From: Octopus vulgaris
Taxonomy: Eukaryota
DNA length: 64,000 bases
Reading direction: 5' to 3'
NCBI GenBank assembly: GCA_951406725.2
Contig: OX597829.1
Coordinates: 50,716,001 to 50,780,000 of the forward strand
Shown one piece after another: positions 26,941 through 39,348 of the stretch; within the stretch, counting starts at the first letter, position 1, and each line of letters opens with the position of its first letter. The notes below the pieces were generated by a model that did not search any database, was not told where the DNA came from, and worked only from the letters and a program-made list of their open reading frames with translations. A program made the position numbers and the translations under genes.

Positions 26941-27720
26941 TTAGGGAATAAATCCAAACTTACAAGGAAAAATTAGATTTAGGATTAAATCCAATTTTAT
27001 AGTATAAATATATTATATTATATTATATTAAATTAGAGATAAAACCACTATTAGGCAAATCAAACAGTGAAAAACATAAGCCAATACATAAAATTAATTT
27101 AAAATATAAAAGTTAAAAATAAAAAATTATTTAAATAATTTAAACTTATAAATTTTATATATATATACAAATATATATATATATGTATGTATGTATATTT
27201 TTATATTTATATATTATTTTATTAATTAATTAATTAACTTATTAATTTATTTATTTATTTATTTATTCATTTATTTACTTTTTTAAATATCAAATGTATT
27301 AAAAGTTTAATAAAAGATAAAGAGTAAAACACTACGATCGATTGATGGCTGTACCAATTCGAATAACTATAATTTAAATTCAATTAATAATTCGAGTTAT
27401 GGTTACAGTCAATCTTCAGGTTAATTGAGATATTCTAAAAATAATCAGAAATATTTAAACAATATTTTTAAGATATAAATAATATAATAATTTTACTTAT
27501 AATAAACTCTATTATCAAACTAGAAAATTAAAACTTAACAATTATGATTATATCAAAATCGATTATAATGTTAAATATTAATTTTAATTTATAAGGTAGG
27601 AAACCCACCAATAATCTAATATCGGTAATAGTCTATATCTAATTACATAAATATTTTTAAAAAAAGAAAAAAAAAAGATTTACCTAATAGTGGTTTTTAT
27701 CTCTAATTTAATATAATATA
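26941..27720. mobile_element. Very AT-rich Penelope-like remnant with inverted arms
   Basis: aaattagagataaaaccactattagg (27030) vs cctaatagtggtttttatctctaattt (27683); flanked by (TA)n. Confidence 0.45.
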
Positions 27721-27781
27721 ATATAATATATATATATATATATATATGTATTGAGACAGACAGAGACAGAGACAGGGAAAG

Positions 27782-27828
<47 letters not shown>

Positions 27829-28425
27829 TAAATGCATTTATATGAATATAATTGTGTTAAGTACCAATACACTAATCTCTCAGTATTTGAGTCACAGTAA
27901 CTTCTGCTGATTATTAATAAAGAATATGTGTGTGTGTTGTGTGTATGTATGTATATATGTGTGTGAATGTATATATATATATATATATATGTATGTACAC
28001 ACACATATGTATATTATATACTAGACATGTACTGGGGTTAATTTAATTGACCTCTATCCGTTACCCTATATACATGTGGCTGGGACACCAATGTGAGAAA
28101 TGGCAACTTCTTAAAGAAAAGGGTCAGAGTGGCAGGAACAGCTGTGCAGCAGATGAAAGACTTTATTGGTAATTAGTTCCCGAATGCTGCTGCTGGTGTT
28201 GATTTTGTCTTCCATTACTCGGGAGTCGACAGAACATGCACCAAACATGCACTGGCTTCAGTTTAAGTTGATACACAACGTCCTTAAAGAATGGGGAAGC
28301 ACCTGGGTAGTGTAGGTGTTGTGTTGTAGTTTGTATTGTAGTATAGGGAGGTGACTCTCATCATCATCATCATCATCGTTGTCATCATTATCACCGTCAT
28401 CATCATCATCCTTATCATCACCAAA

Positions 28426-28640
28426 GATGGCGAGCTGGCAGATTCGTTAGCACGCTGGCTGAAATGCTTAGCAGCATTTCGTTTGCTGTTACGTTCTGAG
28501 TTCAAATTCCGCCAAGGTTGAATTTATCTTTCATCCTTTCGGGGTCGATAAATTAAGTACCAGTGGAACACTGGGGGCCGATGTAACCGAAAAGTCTCCT
28601 CCCACTAAAATTTCAGGTCTTGTGCCTAAAGTAGAAAGGA
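28426..28640 (+). mobile_element. SINE family C (tail B)
   Basis: Family consensus match. Confidence 0.85.
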
Positions 28641-28850
28641 TTATTACCATCACCATTCTTATCATCATCAACACCATCATCATCATCATCCTCATCATCA
28701 GCATCATTATCATTGTCATCATCAATACCATCATCAGCATCGTCATCACCACCATCATTATCATCATCAACATCATTATCATCAGAATCATTATTACCAC
28801 CATCAATATCATCATCATCATCATCATCATCATCATTATCACCACCATCC
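28640..28850. repeat. Degenerate (CAT)n microsatellite
   Basis: Direct reading. Confidence 0.9.
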
Positions 28851-28851
28851 C

Positions 28852-28890
<39 letters not shown>

Positions 28891-29310
28891 GATATACACA
28901 CACACACACATATACACACACATACAGGTATATACATAATTATTTTTTACTTGTTTCAGTTGTTAGTCTGTGGCCATGCTGGGGCACCACAGTGAAGAAT
29001 CTTTATTTGAATGAACTGACCCACCCTCCCCCAGTACTTATTTTTTAAACCTGGCACTTATTATATCAGTCTCATTTGCTGAACTGCTAAATTACAGGGA
29101 TGTAAACACACCCACACCAGTTATTGAACAATATATATAATCAAAATAAGCAACGCGATATCCAGGATATTCCATTGCTTATTTTGCTTTTACTCACCTT
29201 ATTTTGAAATTGTATGGATAATACCACACTAATTTTTGGTACTTCAACTTAAGTACCATATCTATCAGAATCTAAATTATTTTGCTATATATATATATAT
29301 ATATATCTGT

Positions 29311-29533
29311 TACTCTTTTACTCTTTTACTTGTTTCAGTCATTTGACTGCGGCCATGCTGGAGCACCGCCTTTAATCAAGCAACTCGACCCCGGGACTTA
29401 TTCTTTTGTAAGCCAAGTACTTATTCTATCGGTCCCTTTTGCCGAACCACTAAATAGCGGGGACATAAACACACCAGCATCGGTTGTCAAGCAATGCTAG
29501 GGGGACAAACACAGACACACAAACACACACACG

Positions 29534-29565
<32 letters not shown>

Positions 29566-29724
29566 TACGATGGGCTTCTTTCAGTTTCCGTCCACCAAAT
29601 CCACTCACAAGGCTTTGGTCGGCCCGAGGCTATAGTAGAAGACACTTGCCCAAAGTGCCAAGCAGTGGGACTGAACCCGGAACCATGTGGTTGGTAAACA
29701 AGCTACTTACCACACAGCCACTCC
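29311..29724 (-). mobile_element. SINE family B
   Basis: Near-identical to 48953-49360 and 60216-60632. Confidence 0.9.
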
Positions 29725-29980
29725 ATATATATATATATGTATATATATATATAATAACTATATAATAATATATCATAATAATATATATATATATATATAT
29801 ATATACACTCTGATTAACGCAACATTATCTAAACAATTGAGTGAAAAATGATGAGCTTACCTTGGCTCATATACAGTTATTATTATATAGTTATTACTAT
29901 TGTATAAAAAAGACTTTCATAGTTGCTCTTTCTCCATAGCTTATCAAGCCTCCAGGTTTGTTTACAAATATTATATATGT

Positions 29981-30230
29981 CATCATCATCATCGTTTAAT
30001 GTCTGTTTTCCATGCTGGCATGGGTTGGACGGTTCGAACGGGGTCTGGTAAGCCAGGAGGCTGTACCAGTCTCCCGTCTGATCTTGCAGTGTTTCTACAG
30101 CTGGATGCCCTTCCTAACACCAACCACTCCGTGAGTGTAGTGGGTGCTTTTTACATGCCACTGGCACAGGGGCCAGAGGAGGCTGGCAATGACCATGATC
30201 GGTTGGTGCTTTCTACGTGCCACTGGCATG
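29981..30230 (-). mobile_element. RTE 3'UTR fragment
   Basis: Family motif and (CAT)n. Confidence 0.85.
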
Positions 30231-30237
30231 GATAAAA

Positions 30238-30286
<49 letters not shown>

Positions 30287-30287
30287 T

Positions 30288-30686
30288 CAGTTTGGTTTTG
30301 TGCCGGGTAGAAGCACCACTGATGCCATATTCCTGGTTTGACTACTGCAGGAGAAATACCTAGCTATAGATAAGCCCCTATACTTAGCTTTTGTGGACTT
30401 GGAGAAAGCCTTTGAAAGAGTCCCCCGATCGCTTATCTGGTGGGTGATGCGGAAACTGGAGATTAATGAATGGTTAATAAAGGCTGTACAGGCCCTGTAC
30501 AGAGAGGCCTTTAGTAAGGATAGGATTGGCAATGAGTATAGTGAAGAATTCCGGGTAGAAGTAAGGGTCCACCAAGGTTCAGCCTTCAGTCCCCTTTTAT
30601 TCATCATAGTCCTCCAGGCAATAACAGAGGAATTCAAGACGGGTTGCTCCTGGGAGCTCCTCTATGCTGATGACCTGGCCTTCTAA
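30288..30686 (+). pseudogene. RTE reverse transcriptase fragment
   Basis: QFGFVPGRSTTDAIF, DLEKAFERVP, VHQGSAFSPLLF, LLYADDL. Confidence 0.9.
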
Positions 30687-30954
30687 ATTGAATTTTTTCC
30701 CTGTAAGTTTGGAATAACATTCCCTCATATTCTTTCAGTATCTGTCTACCAAATCCACTCACAAGGCTTTGGTCGGCCTGAGGCTATAGTAGAAGATACT
30801 TGACCAAGATGCCATGCAGTGGGACTGAACCTGGAACCGTGTGGTTGGTGAGCAAGCTACTTACCACACAGCCACTCCTGTGCCTAAATATATATATATA
30901 TATATTTATGTGTGTATATATATATATATATATTAGGGTTTTTTTTGTTTTTTT

Positions 30955-31280
30955 GGGAGGCAGTTGCCGGCAACCGTGGAGAATGGCGACGTACAGTAAA
31001 AGAGGGAATACAAAAGAGTGACAGAGAGAGAGAGGAGAAAGGGAAAGAAAGGAAGAGACGTAAACAAGAGACTATGGCATTACAACCTGCCAGGAACAGT
31101 CTTCGCTACATTTGTGGTACCTGCCAGAGGGAGTGTTTGTCCAGGATAGGACTACACAGCCACAGCAGGAAATGTATCAGGACATGAAATATAAAAGCTG
31201 GACTAGACAACAAAAAAACCCAAAAAAAACAAAAAAACATGCGCAACTCCATTGTCTCCCGAGACAGAAAGGATGCCAAT
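30955..31280 (+). mobile_element. RTE-BovB 3' end with C-terminal zinc finger
   Basis: WEAVAGNRGEWRRTV ... YICGTCQRECLSRIGLHSHSRKC. Confidence 0.8.
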
Positions 31281-31302
31281 ACAATACAATATATATATAT
31301 AT

Positions 31303-31353
<51 letters not shown>

Positions 31354-31508
31354 CTAGGATATTTACACCCCCCCCCTGGATAATTACCTGCCAAGGATAA
31401 TTATCCTTAAGGACATCAGATGTTAATTTAAAACTTCTTAATTTTATTGGAGAAGAGGTAATTATCCAAGGTGGGTAATTGTTCTGATATGATATATATA
31501 TATAATAT

Positions 31509-31548
<40 letters not shown>

Positions 31549-32355
31549 AATTTAGTTCATGGAGTACCAGGAGTCCATGGACCCCAGGTTGGGAACCACT
31601 GATCTAAAACAACATTAATATGGCTTCATATTTATAAGATAACAGAATATGGTTAGATAGAGATTTAGCTGCTATTTCAAGCAGTATTATAATTGCAGTG
31701 GTGGTGGTGGTGGTGGTGGTGGTGGTGGTGGTGGTGGTGGTAGTGGCGGCAGTAGTGGTGGTGATGATGGTGACAGTACCACCACCACCACCACCACTAC
31801 CACCACCACCACCACCACTACCACCACCACTCTATTACCACCACCATCACCACCACTACTACTACTACTACTATTACAAATATCAGCAGGTGTTGATTGT
31901 GAATGGATTTCAAACTAATTGACAGGAGAATTTTTGTTTCAAAAAACAAAACAAAACAAAAACATACCCAGGAATATTGTTTCATGCTTAGCCATTTTCG
32001 CACAAAAGTTTTCGAGAGCTGGGGATATTTTGCTAAATATATATATCTGCTGCTGTATTTTATCATTACCATGACGACGATAACACCACAACAAGCAAGT
32101 TCTGTGATAAATTGAAAGTGTTAACTCAGAAAAAAAAAAAAAACGGTAGTTACATGATGTTTAAGTGTTTTCCAAGGCTTCTTCAAGAATCCACAAATTG
32201 AAAGGATTAAATGCTTACCGAGTTAATCCTGTGTCTTATGGGAAACATTGCAAAGCACACAAAGGTCAGCTTTACCTTTTGCATTCATTCCATAAAGTGG
32301 GGAAGGGATCAGTTTAATCAGCTACAAGACCAGCCATCCTTCATATTTAATGGTT

Positions 32356-33459
32356 AGCACGCTGGGTGAAATGCTTAGCAGTATTTCATCTGTCTTTACA
32401 TTCTGAGTTCAAGCTCTGCCGAGGTCGACTTTGCCTTTCATCCTTCCGGAGTCGATAAATTAAATACCAGTTGCGTACTGGGGTTGATCTAATTGACTGG
32501 CCTCCACCCCAAAAATTTCAGGCCTTGTGCCTAGAGTAGTCACACTAGGTGAAATGCTTAGCAGTATTTCATCTGTCTATATATTCTGCGTTCAAGTTCT
32601 GCCGAGGTCGACTTTGCCTTTCATCCTTCCGGAGTCGATAAATTAAATACCAGTTGCGTACTGGGGTTGATCTAATTGACTGGCCTCCACCCCAAAAATT
32701 TCAGGCCTTGTGCCTAGAGTAGTCACACTGGGTGAAATGCTTAGCAGTATTTCATCTGTCTATATATTCTGCGTTCAAGTTCTGCCGAGGTCGACTTTGC
32801 CTTTCATCCTTCCGGAGTCGATAAATTAAATACCAGTTGCGTACTGGGGTTGATCTAATTGACTGGCCTCCACCCCAAAAATTTCAGGCCTTGTGCCTAG
32901 AGTAGTCACACTGGGTGAAATGCTTAGCAGTATTTCATCTGTCTATATATTCTGCGTTCAAGTTCTGCCGAGGTCGACTTTGCCTTTCATCCTTCCGGAG
33001 TCGATAAATTAAATACCAGTTGCGTACTGGGGTGATCTAATTGACTGGCCTCCACCCCAAAAATTTCAGGCCTTGTGCCTAGAGTAGTCACACTGGGTGA
33101 AATGCTTAGCAGTATTTCATCAGTCTATATATTCTGCGTTCAAGTTCTGCCGAGGTCGACTTTGCCTTTCATCCTTCCGGAGTCGATAAATTAAATACCA
33201 GTTGCGTACTGGGGGTGATCTAATTGACTGGCCTCCACCCCAAAAATTTCAGGCCTTGTGCCTAGAGTAGTCACACTGGGTGAAATGCTTAGCAGTATTT
33301 CATCAGTCTATATATTCTGCGTTCAAGTTCTGCCGAGGTCGACTTTGCCTTTCATCCTTCCGGAGTCGATAAATTAAATACCAGTTGCGTACTGGGGGTG
33401 ATCTAATTGACTGGCCTCCACCCCAAAAATTTCGGGCCTTGTGCCAAGAGTAGTAAAGA
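32356..33459 (+). repeat. Tandem array of six ~183-bp units of 5'-truncated SINE family C
   Basis: Units start at 32358, 32541, 32724, 32907, 33089 and 33272. Confidence 0.95.
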
Positions 33460-33604
33460 ATATTTGATGGTTGCTTAAATTTTTGGAAACAATTACCAAA
33501 TTCCTCTAAAATCTGCTGCTTTTAAAAAGAAAAGAACTAAAGTGTGTGTGTGTGTACATGCATGCATTTGTGTGTGCGTGTGCAAGTATGTACATATGTA
33601 TATG

Positions 33605-33948
33605 TCACTGTGTGGTAAGAAGCTTGCTTACCAACTACATGGTTCAGGGTTCAGTCCCACTGCATGGCACCTTGGGCTGACCAAAGCCTTGTCAGTGGAT
33701 TTGGTAGATGGAAACTGAAAGAAGCCTGTCGTATATATGTGTGTGTTTGTGTGTCTGTGTTTGTCTCCCCAACATCGCTTGACAACTGATGTTGGTGTGT
33801 TTATGTCCCCGTAATTTAGCAGTTCAGCAAAAGAAACTGATAGAATAAGTACTAGACTTACAAAGAATAAATTCTGGAGTCGATTTGTTCGACTAAAGGA
33901 GGTGCTCCAGAATAGCCACAGTCAAATGACTCAAACAAATAAAAGAAT
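33605..33948 (+). mobile_element. SINE family B with internal deletion
   Basis: Family match. Confidence 0.8.
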
Positions 33949-33965
33949 ATGTGTATCTTTGCATA

Positions 33966-34836
33966 TATGTGGTCTGGTCAATAAGTATCCAAATTGTTGC
34001 CATAGTAACGAAGCTAAAGCACACAGAATCAAGCCACTTGGCACAGATTGACCTTGAATTCTTCTGTGCATGTACACTAAATTTTAACATTTTAACTCAC
34101 TTCCTTTGTTTACAGCAGTACTTGAAAGGAAGCTGTGTAGCATGTGGTCGTTGCACCGACCATGATAGAGAAAGTTGAGCAGAGAATCTGCATCAAATTT
34201 TGCCAAAAGCTTGGCGGTACCTGTTCATAGGCCTACGCAGAGTTTTCAGACAGTTTATATCATTCTCCACACAATTATGGAGATCTTGTACAACTGAAAC
34301 CCGAGTGTCTTTTTGGTCAGCTGAAAGCAGATTTCGCACAAACTTGGCAGACATTTGTCTCATACCCAAATCTTCAGTGATAATGGAGTGAACTGAACCG
34401 TAACTAATCTGCACATCCTCTGATTACTCATAGACGATGATTCAATGATTTCCCCTCACAGCTGCAAGCACATCTGTGATGTTTTTCTCAGTTCTGCTGG
34501 TTGCTGGTCTCCCAGAATGTTTGTTAATATCAATATTTTTTTGGCCATCTTTGAAATGTCTGAACCACTTGTACACTTGTGTGTAGCTCATACACTCCTC
34601 TCCATCCACTTTCTGCAACTTTGCACAGGCCTCTGAGCAGGTATTGCCATGACAACTTTCTCTGTCATGGTCAATGTGACGATCACATGCTACACACCTT
34701 CCTTCCAAACACTGCTGTAAACAGTAGAAATGAGCTAGAATGTTAAAACTTAGTGTGTATGCACAGCAGAGTTCAAGGTCAAGCTGTGTCAAGTAGCTTC
34801 ACTCTGCATGCTTTAGCTTTGTTACTATGGTGACAG
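33966..34836. mobile_element. mariner derivative with inverted duplication of the 5' end
   Basis: Minus-strand HTH remnant MSYTQVYKWFRHFKDG..SGRP; arms gcacagattgaccttgaattcttctgtgc / gcacagcagagttcaaggtcaagctgtg. Confidence 0.8.
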
Positions 34837-35049
34837 TACACATGTACATATGTATGCATATACACACACGCACACACACACACACACATATATAATTGAA
34901 AAAAGGTGTATGAGCTTTATACTGTGCTCTCCTACATTCATAACAGAACATACCATAACTATAACACATACATATAGTTGAAATTTAAAGAAAAACAAAA
35001 GACAAAGACAAGTGTATGAACAACAAAAAGGTGTATATATATATATGTG

Positions 35050-35373
35050 TGTGGCACATAAAAGACACCATTCGAGTGTGATCGTTACCAGCATTGCCTT
35101 ACTGGCACCTGTGCCAGTGGCATGTGTAAAAGATTTGAGCGAGGTCGTTGCCAGTACCGCCTGATTGGCCCTCATGCCAGTGGCACGTAAAAGCACCCAC
35201 TACACTCTCAGAGTGGTTGGCATTAGGAAGGGCATCCAGCCATAGAAACGCTGCCAGATCAAGACTGAAGCCTGGTGCAGCCATCTGGTTCGCCAGACCT
35301 CAGTCAAATCGTCCAACCCATGCTAGCACAGAAAGTGGACGTTAAACGACGATGATGATGATGATGATGATGA

Positions 35374-35377
<4 letters not shown>
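35050..35377 (+). mobile_element. RTE 3'UTR fragment
   Basis: Family motif and (GAT)n. Confidence 0.85.
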
Positions 35378-35430
<53 letters not shown>

Positions 35431-35491
35431 TAAAACGGTAAGATAACAAAAGAAAGAAAGAGACCTCAATATTATGTAAATAGAGGAAATT

Positions 35492-35778
35492 TATCTATAC
35501 AATAATATGTTACATTACTCGGTAGTCAAGATAAAACTCTGAGTTTCAGATGCTGAAGAGGAAATCCACAACACCATCTTTTCGGTTATCTGGCTATTTG
35601 AAAACGCTATGAAAAAAATTTTTTCATATGAAAAATTTTTTCATATGAAAAATTTTTTCATAGCGTTTTCAAATAGCCAGATAACCGAAAAGATGGTGTT
35701 GTGGATTTCCTCTTCAGCATCTGAAACTCAGAGTTTTATCTTGACTACCGAGTAATGTAACATATTATTGTATAGATA
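35492..35778. repeat. 287-bp near-perfect palindrome in a Penelope-like remnant
   Basis: Arms are exact reverse complements by eye; centre is (catatg A5-7 T6) reiterated. Confidence 0.95.
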
Positions 35779-36084
35779 TATATATATATACACACACACA
35801 CATATAAACATACTGTCAAGGCTAGATTTGTGGTTTCTTTCACAGCCTCTCGTCTCTCTTATTGATTTATTACTCATCCTTCTTATCATTCATCTTTCTA
35901 TTAGCCAACCCAACCCACTGTCAAGCAATATATTTCTGATTATGGCACTTATTATTGCCAGATTGATGATGATAGAATATACTCGCTCTGGTAGTAACTT
36001 CAAATGTACTTTTATTTATCAGTTTTGGACATCAGACTGATATATATATATGTATGTGTATGTATATATGTATGTATATATATA

Positions 36085-36312
36085 TGTATGTGGAAGAGAG
36101 TGTAATTCGGCAGGAGGACTTAAACGACATGCAAAGGTACATGAAGCCCAGTTACAACTACAGCCGGCTATTACCAGTAAAGGTTTTAGCTGCCAATTCT
36201 GTATAAGACATTGTAGATCTTTAGCTGGGCTAAAAAGTCACATTCGATCACAGCACCAGTAACAGTTAAGCTTCATGCAATGGCCATACTCAATAACGAG
36301 GGGGCAGCCATC
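36085..36312 (+). mobile_element. RTE-BovB-type 3' end with two C2H2 fingers
   Basis: CGRECNSAGGLKRHAKVH ... CQFCIRHCRSLAGLKSHIRSQH; followed by a (TATG)n tail. Confidence 0.65.
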
Positions 36313-36313
36313 A

Positions 36314-36690
36314 TGTATGTATGTATGTATGTATGTATGTATGTATGAATGTAAGTATGTATGTATGTATGTATGTGTATGTATGTATGTATGTATGTAT
36401 GTATGTATGTGTGTATGTATGTATGTATGTATGTATGTGTGTATGTATGTATGTATGAATGTAAGTATGTATGTATGTATGAATGTAAGTATGTATGTGT
36501 GTATGTGTATGTATGTATGTATGTATTGTATGTATGTATGTGTGTGTATGTATGTATGTGTGTATGTATGTATGTATTTATGTATGTATGTATGTATATA
36601 TGTATGTGCGTGTGTATGCATGTATGTATGTATGTATGTATGTATGTATGTATGTATGTGTGTGTGTGTGTATGTGTGTATGTATGTATA
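36314..36690. repeat. (TATG)n microsatellite
   Basis: Direct reading. Confidence 0.95.
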
Positions 36691-37039
36691 TAGTTGTAAA
36701 ACTATTAGTTCTAAATCTGAATGAGAAATAGCAGCAACATTCATCCTAACCAGGACTGCCACTTTATGCTGGCAAATAAACTTTACTTTATATAGTTGAA
36801 ATTTACAGAAAAACAAAAGACAAAGACAGGTGTATGAACAAGAAGTAGGCGTATTAGTTTGATGCTCGGGGGAAAAATGAAAAAGTGTTTTATGTTTCGA
36901 GCCTATGCTCTTCAGCACAAACGAATAAGAGAAAATAAACAGAGAGAGAATGAAAAAACTTGTAGATTTCAGTGGTCCAGCATATACCTGTGTATGTATG
37001 AAAATTTGTTATATACATTTGTATATCCATATGTTCATA

Positions 37040-37098
<59 letters not shown>

Positions 37099-37107
37099 GT
37101 GTGTATC

Positions 37108-37540
37108 TATTTCTTTAATGCCCACAAGGGACTAAACATAGAAGAGACAAACAAGGAATTAAGTCGATTACGTCGATCCCGAAAGGATGAAAGGCAAAGT
37201 CGACCTCAGCAGAATTTGAACTCAGAATGTAAAGACAGACGAAATACCTATTTCTTTATTACCCACAAGGGGCTAAACATAGAGGGGACAAACAAGGACA
37301 GACATAGGTATTAAGTCGATTACATCGACCCCAGTACGTAACTGGTACTTAATTTATCGACCCCGAAAGGATGAAAGGTAAAGTCGACCTCGGTGGAATT
37401 TGAACTCACAACGTAACGGCAGACGAAATACCACTAAGCATTTCGTCCGACGTGCTAACGTTTCTGGCAGCTCACCGCCTTCGCGAAATACCATTAAGCA
37501 TTTCACCTAGCATGCTAATGATTCTCCCAGCTCACCACCC
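37108..37540 (-). mobile_element. SINE family C inserted into the head of another family C copy
   Basis: Inner copy 37249-37481 flanked by cgaaatacc at 37240-37248 and 37484-37492. Confidence 0.85.
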
Positions 37541-37555
37541 TTGTGTGCATACATA

Positions 37556-37597
37556 TATGTATGTATGTATGTATGTGTGTATGTATGTATGTATGTA

Positions 37598-37632
<35 letters not shown>

Positions 37633-37633
37633 A

Positions 37634-37668
<35 letters not shown>

Positions 37669-38376
37669 ATGTATGTATGTATGTATGTATGTATGTGTGT
37701 GTGTAGGTATGTATGTATGTATGTATGTATGTATGTATGTATATATGTATGTATGTGTGTATGTATGTATGTATGTATGTATGTATGTGTGTATGTATGA
37801 ATGTATGATGTATGTATGTATGTATGTATGTATGTATGTATGTATGTATGGTATGTATGTGTGTGTGTAGGTATGTATGTATGTATGTATGTATGTATGT
37901 ATGTATGTATGTATGTATGTGTGTATGTATGTATGTATGTATGTATGTATGTATGTATGTATGTGTGTATGTATGTATGTATGTATGTATGTATGTATGT
38001 ATGTATGTATGTATGTATGTATGTATGTGTGTATGTATGTATGTATGTATGTATGTATGTATGTATGTATGTGTGTGTGTAGGTATGTATGTATGTATGT
38101 ATGTATGTGTGTATGTATGTATGTATGTATGTATGTGTGTATGTATGTATGTATGTATGTATGTATGTATGTATGTATGTATGTATGTATGTATGTATGT
38201 ATGTATGTATGTATGTGTGTATGTATGTATGTATGTATGTATGTATGTATGTATGTATGTATGTATGTATGTATGTATGTGTATGTATGTATGTATGTAT
38301 GTATGTATGTATGTATGTGTGTGTGTGTGTATACATGTGTGCATGCGTGCACATATGTTTATGTATGTATGTATGC
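37556..38376. repeat. ~820-bp (TATG)n/(TG)n microsatellite
   Basis: Direct reading. Confidence 0.95.
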
Positions 38377-38819
38377 ATGATTAAACAATTCAGAGGGTGA
38401 ATTTTACTGCTTCAACCTTCAGAAGATGAATAGCATGATAATGCCCAAGGATATTATACCTCCATTATGCATCTAAAGAATTATTCAAGCTAATGCCATC
38501 TTCTTAATTCTAAAGACAGTAAATACCTTCGTTGGAACTGTAGAACAGTTCCATAAAACATGCCGCTACAAATGAAAAGCGATTATTTTTAACACAATAC
38601 ATAAAGCGATACAAGCTTAATAGGCCATTTGCAACAGTGTTACATACACAAACATTATGTGCTGGCTGTGAGCTCTTGAATAATTTCGAATATAACTCCA
38701 TAAAATTAGGATTTTGCATAATTTTATAATCTAAATTTATGGCAGAATTAGAAAAGGAAAAATAATTTACAAAATTAATTAAGGTTATCTTCATCATAAT
38801 TAATATTTTTAGGATTATT

Positions 38820-39225
38820 ATGTATTGCTATCATTACCATCTTTGTCACTGCCATCGTCATCATCAACATCATCATGTTATCATCATCATCTTTAGCATC
38901 AGCATCATCATCGTCATCATCATCATTGTCATAATCATTGTCCTAGTTAACATCATCGTTGTTGTCATCATCATCCACCAGCCTCTTCCTCCTCCTCCTC
39001 CTCATCATCATCACCATCGTTACCATAATCATTGTCCTAGTTAACATCATCGTTGTTGTCATCATCAGCCTCTTCCTTCTCCTCATTGTCATCGTCATCA
39101 TCATCGTCGTCATCATCATCATCACCTTCATTACCATAATCTTTGTCCTAGTTAACATCAGTGTTGTTGTCATTATCAGCCCCTTCCTCCTCCTCATCGT
39201 CATCATCATCATCATCATCATCATG
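38820..39225. repeat. Degenerate (CAT)n tract with 3-copy higher-order unit
   Basis: ataatc(a/t)ttgtcctagttaacatca at about 38931, 39026 and 39136. Confidence 0.85.
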
Positions 39226-39348
39226 AGCCCAGTATTCTAACCACCAAGCCATGCATCTCCACCATTAAAATGATTTTAAATTATTTGCTTACTCTATTCT
39301 TCAATATTTGTCTGTATGTGTGTGTATATATGTATATTTGTATAAATA

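Noticed and set aside
27330-27425. Minus-strand hammerhead (CTGAAGA plus long hairpin)
   Set aside because: The GAAA box is absent (reads TCGATCGTA), so the core is incomplete.
28531-29048. Asp-, Met- and Ile-rich ORFs
   Set aside because: They come from a degenerate (CAT)n microsatellite.
32356-33459. CRISPR-like array
   Set aside because: Units are contiguous 183-bp SINE copies with no unique spacers; there are no cas genes and the context is eukaryotic.
37507-38400. Long ORFs of 100-290 aa (HTYI/MYVC repeats), also at 9.9-10.3, 15.4-15.8, 36.3-36.9 and 62.9 kb
   Set aside because: These are translations of (TATG)n and (TA)n microsatellites.
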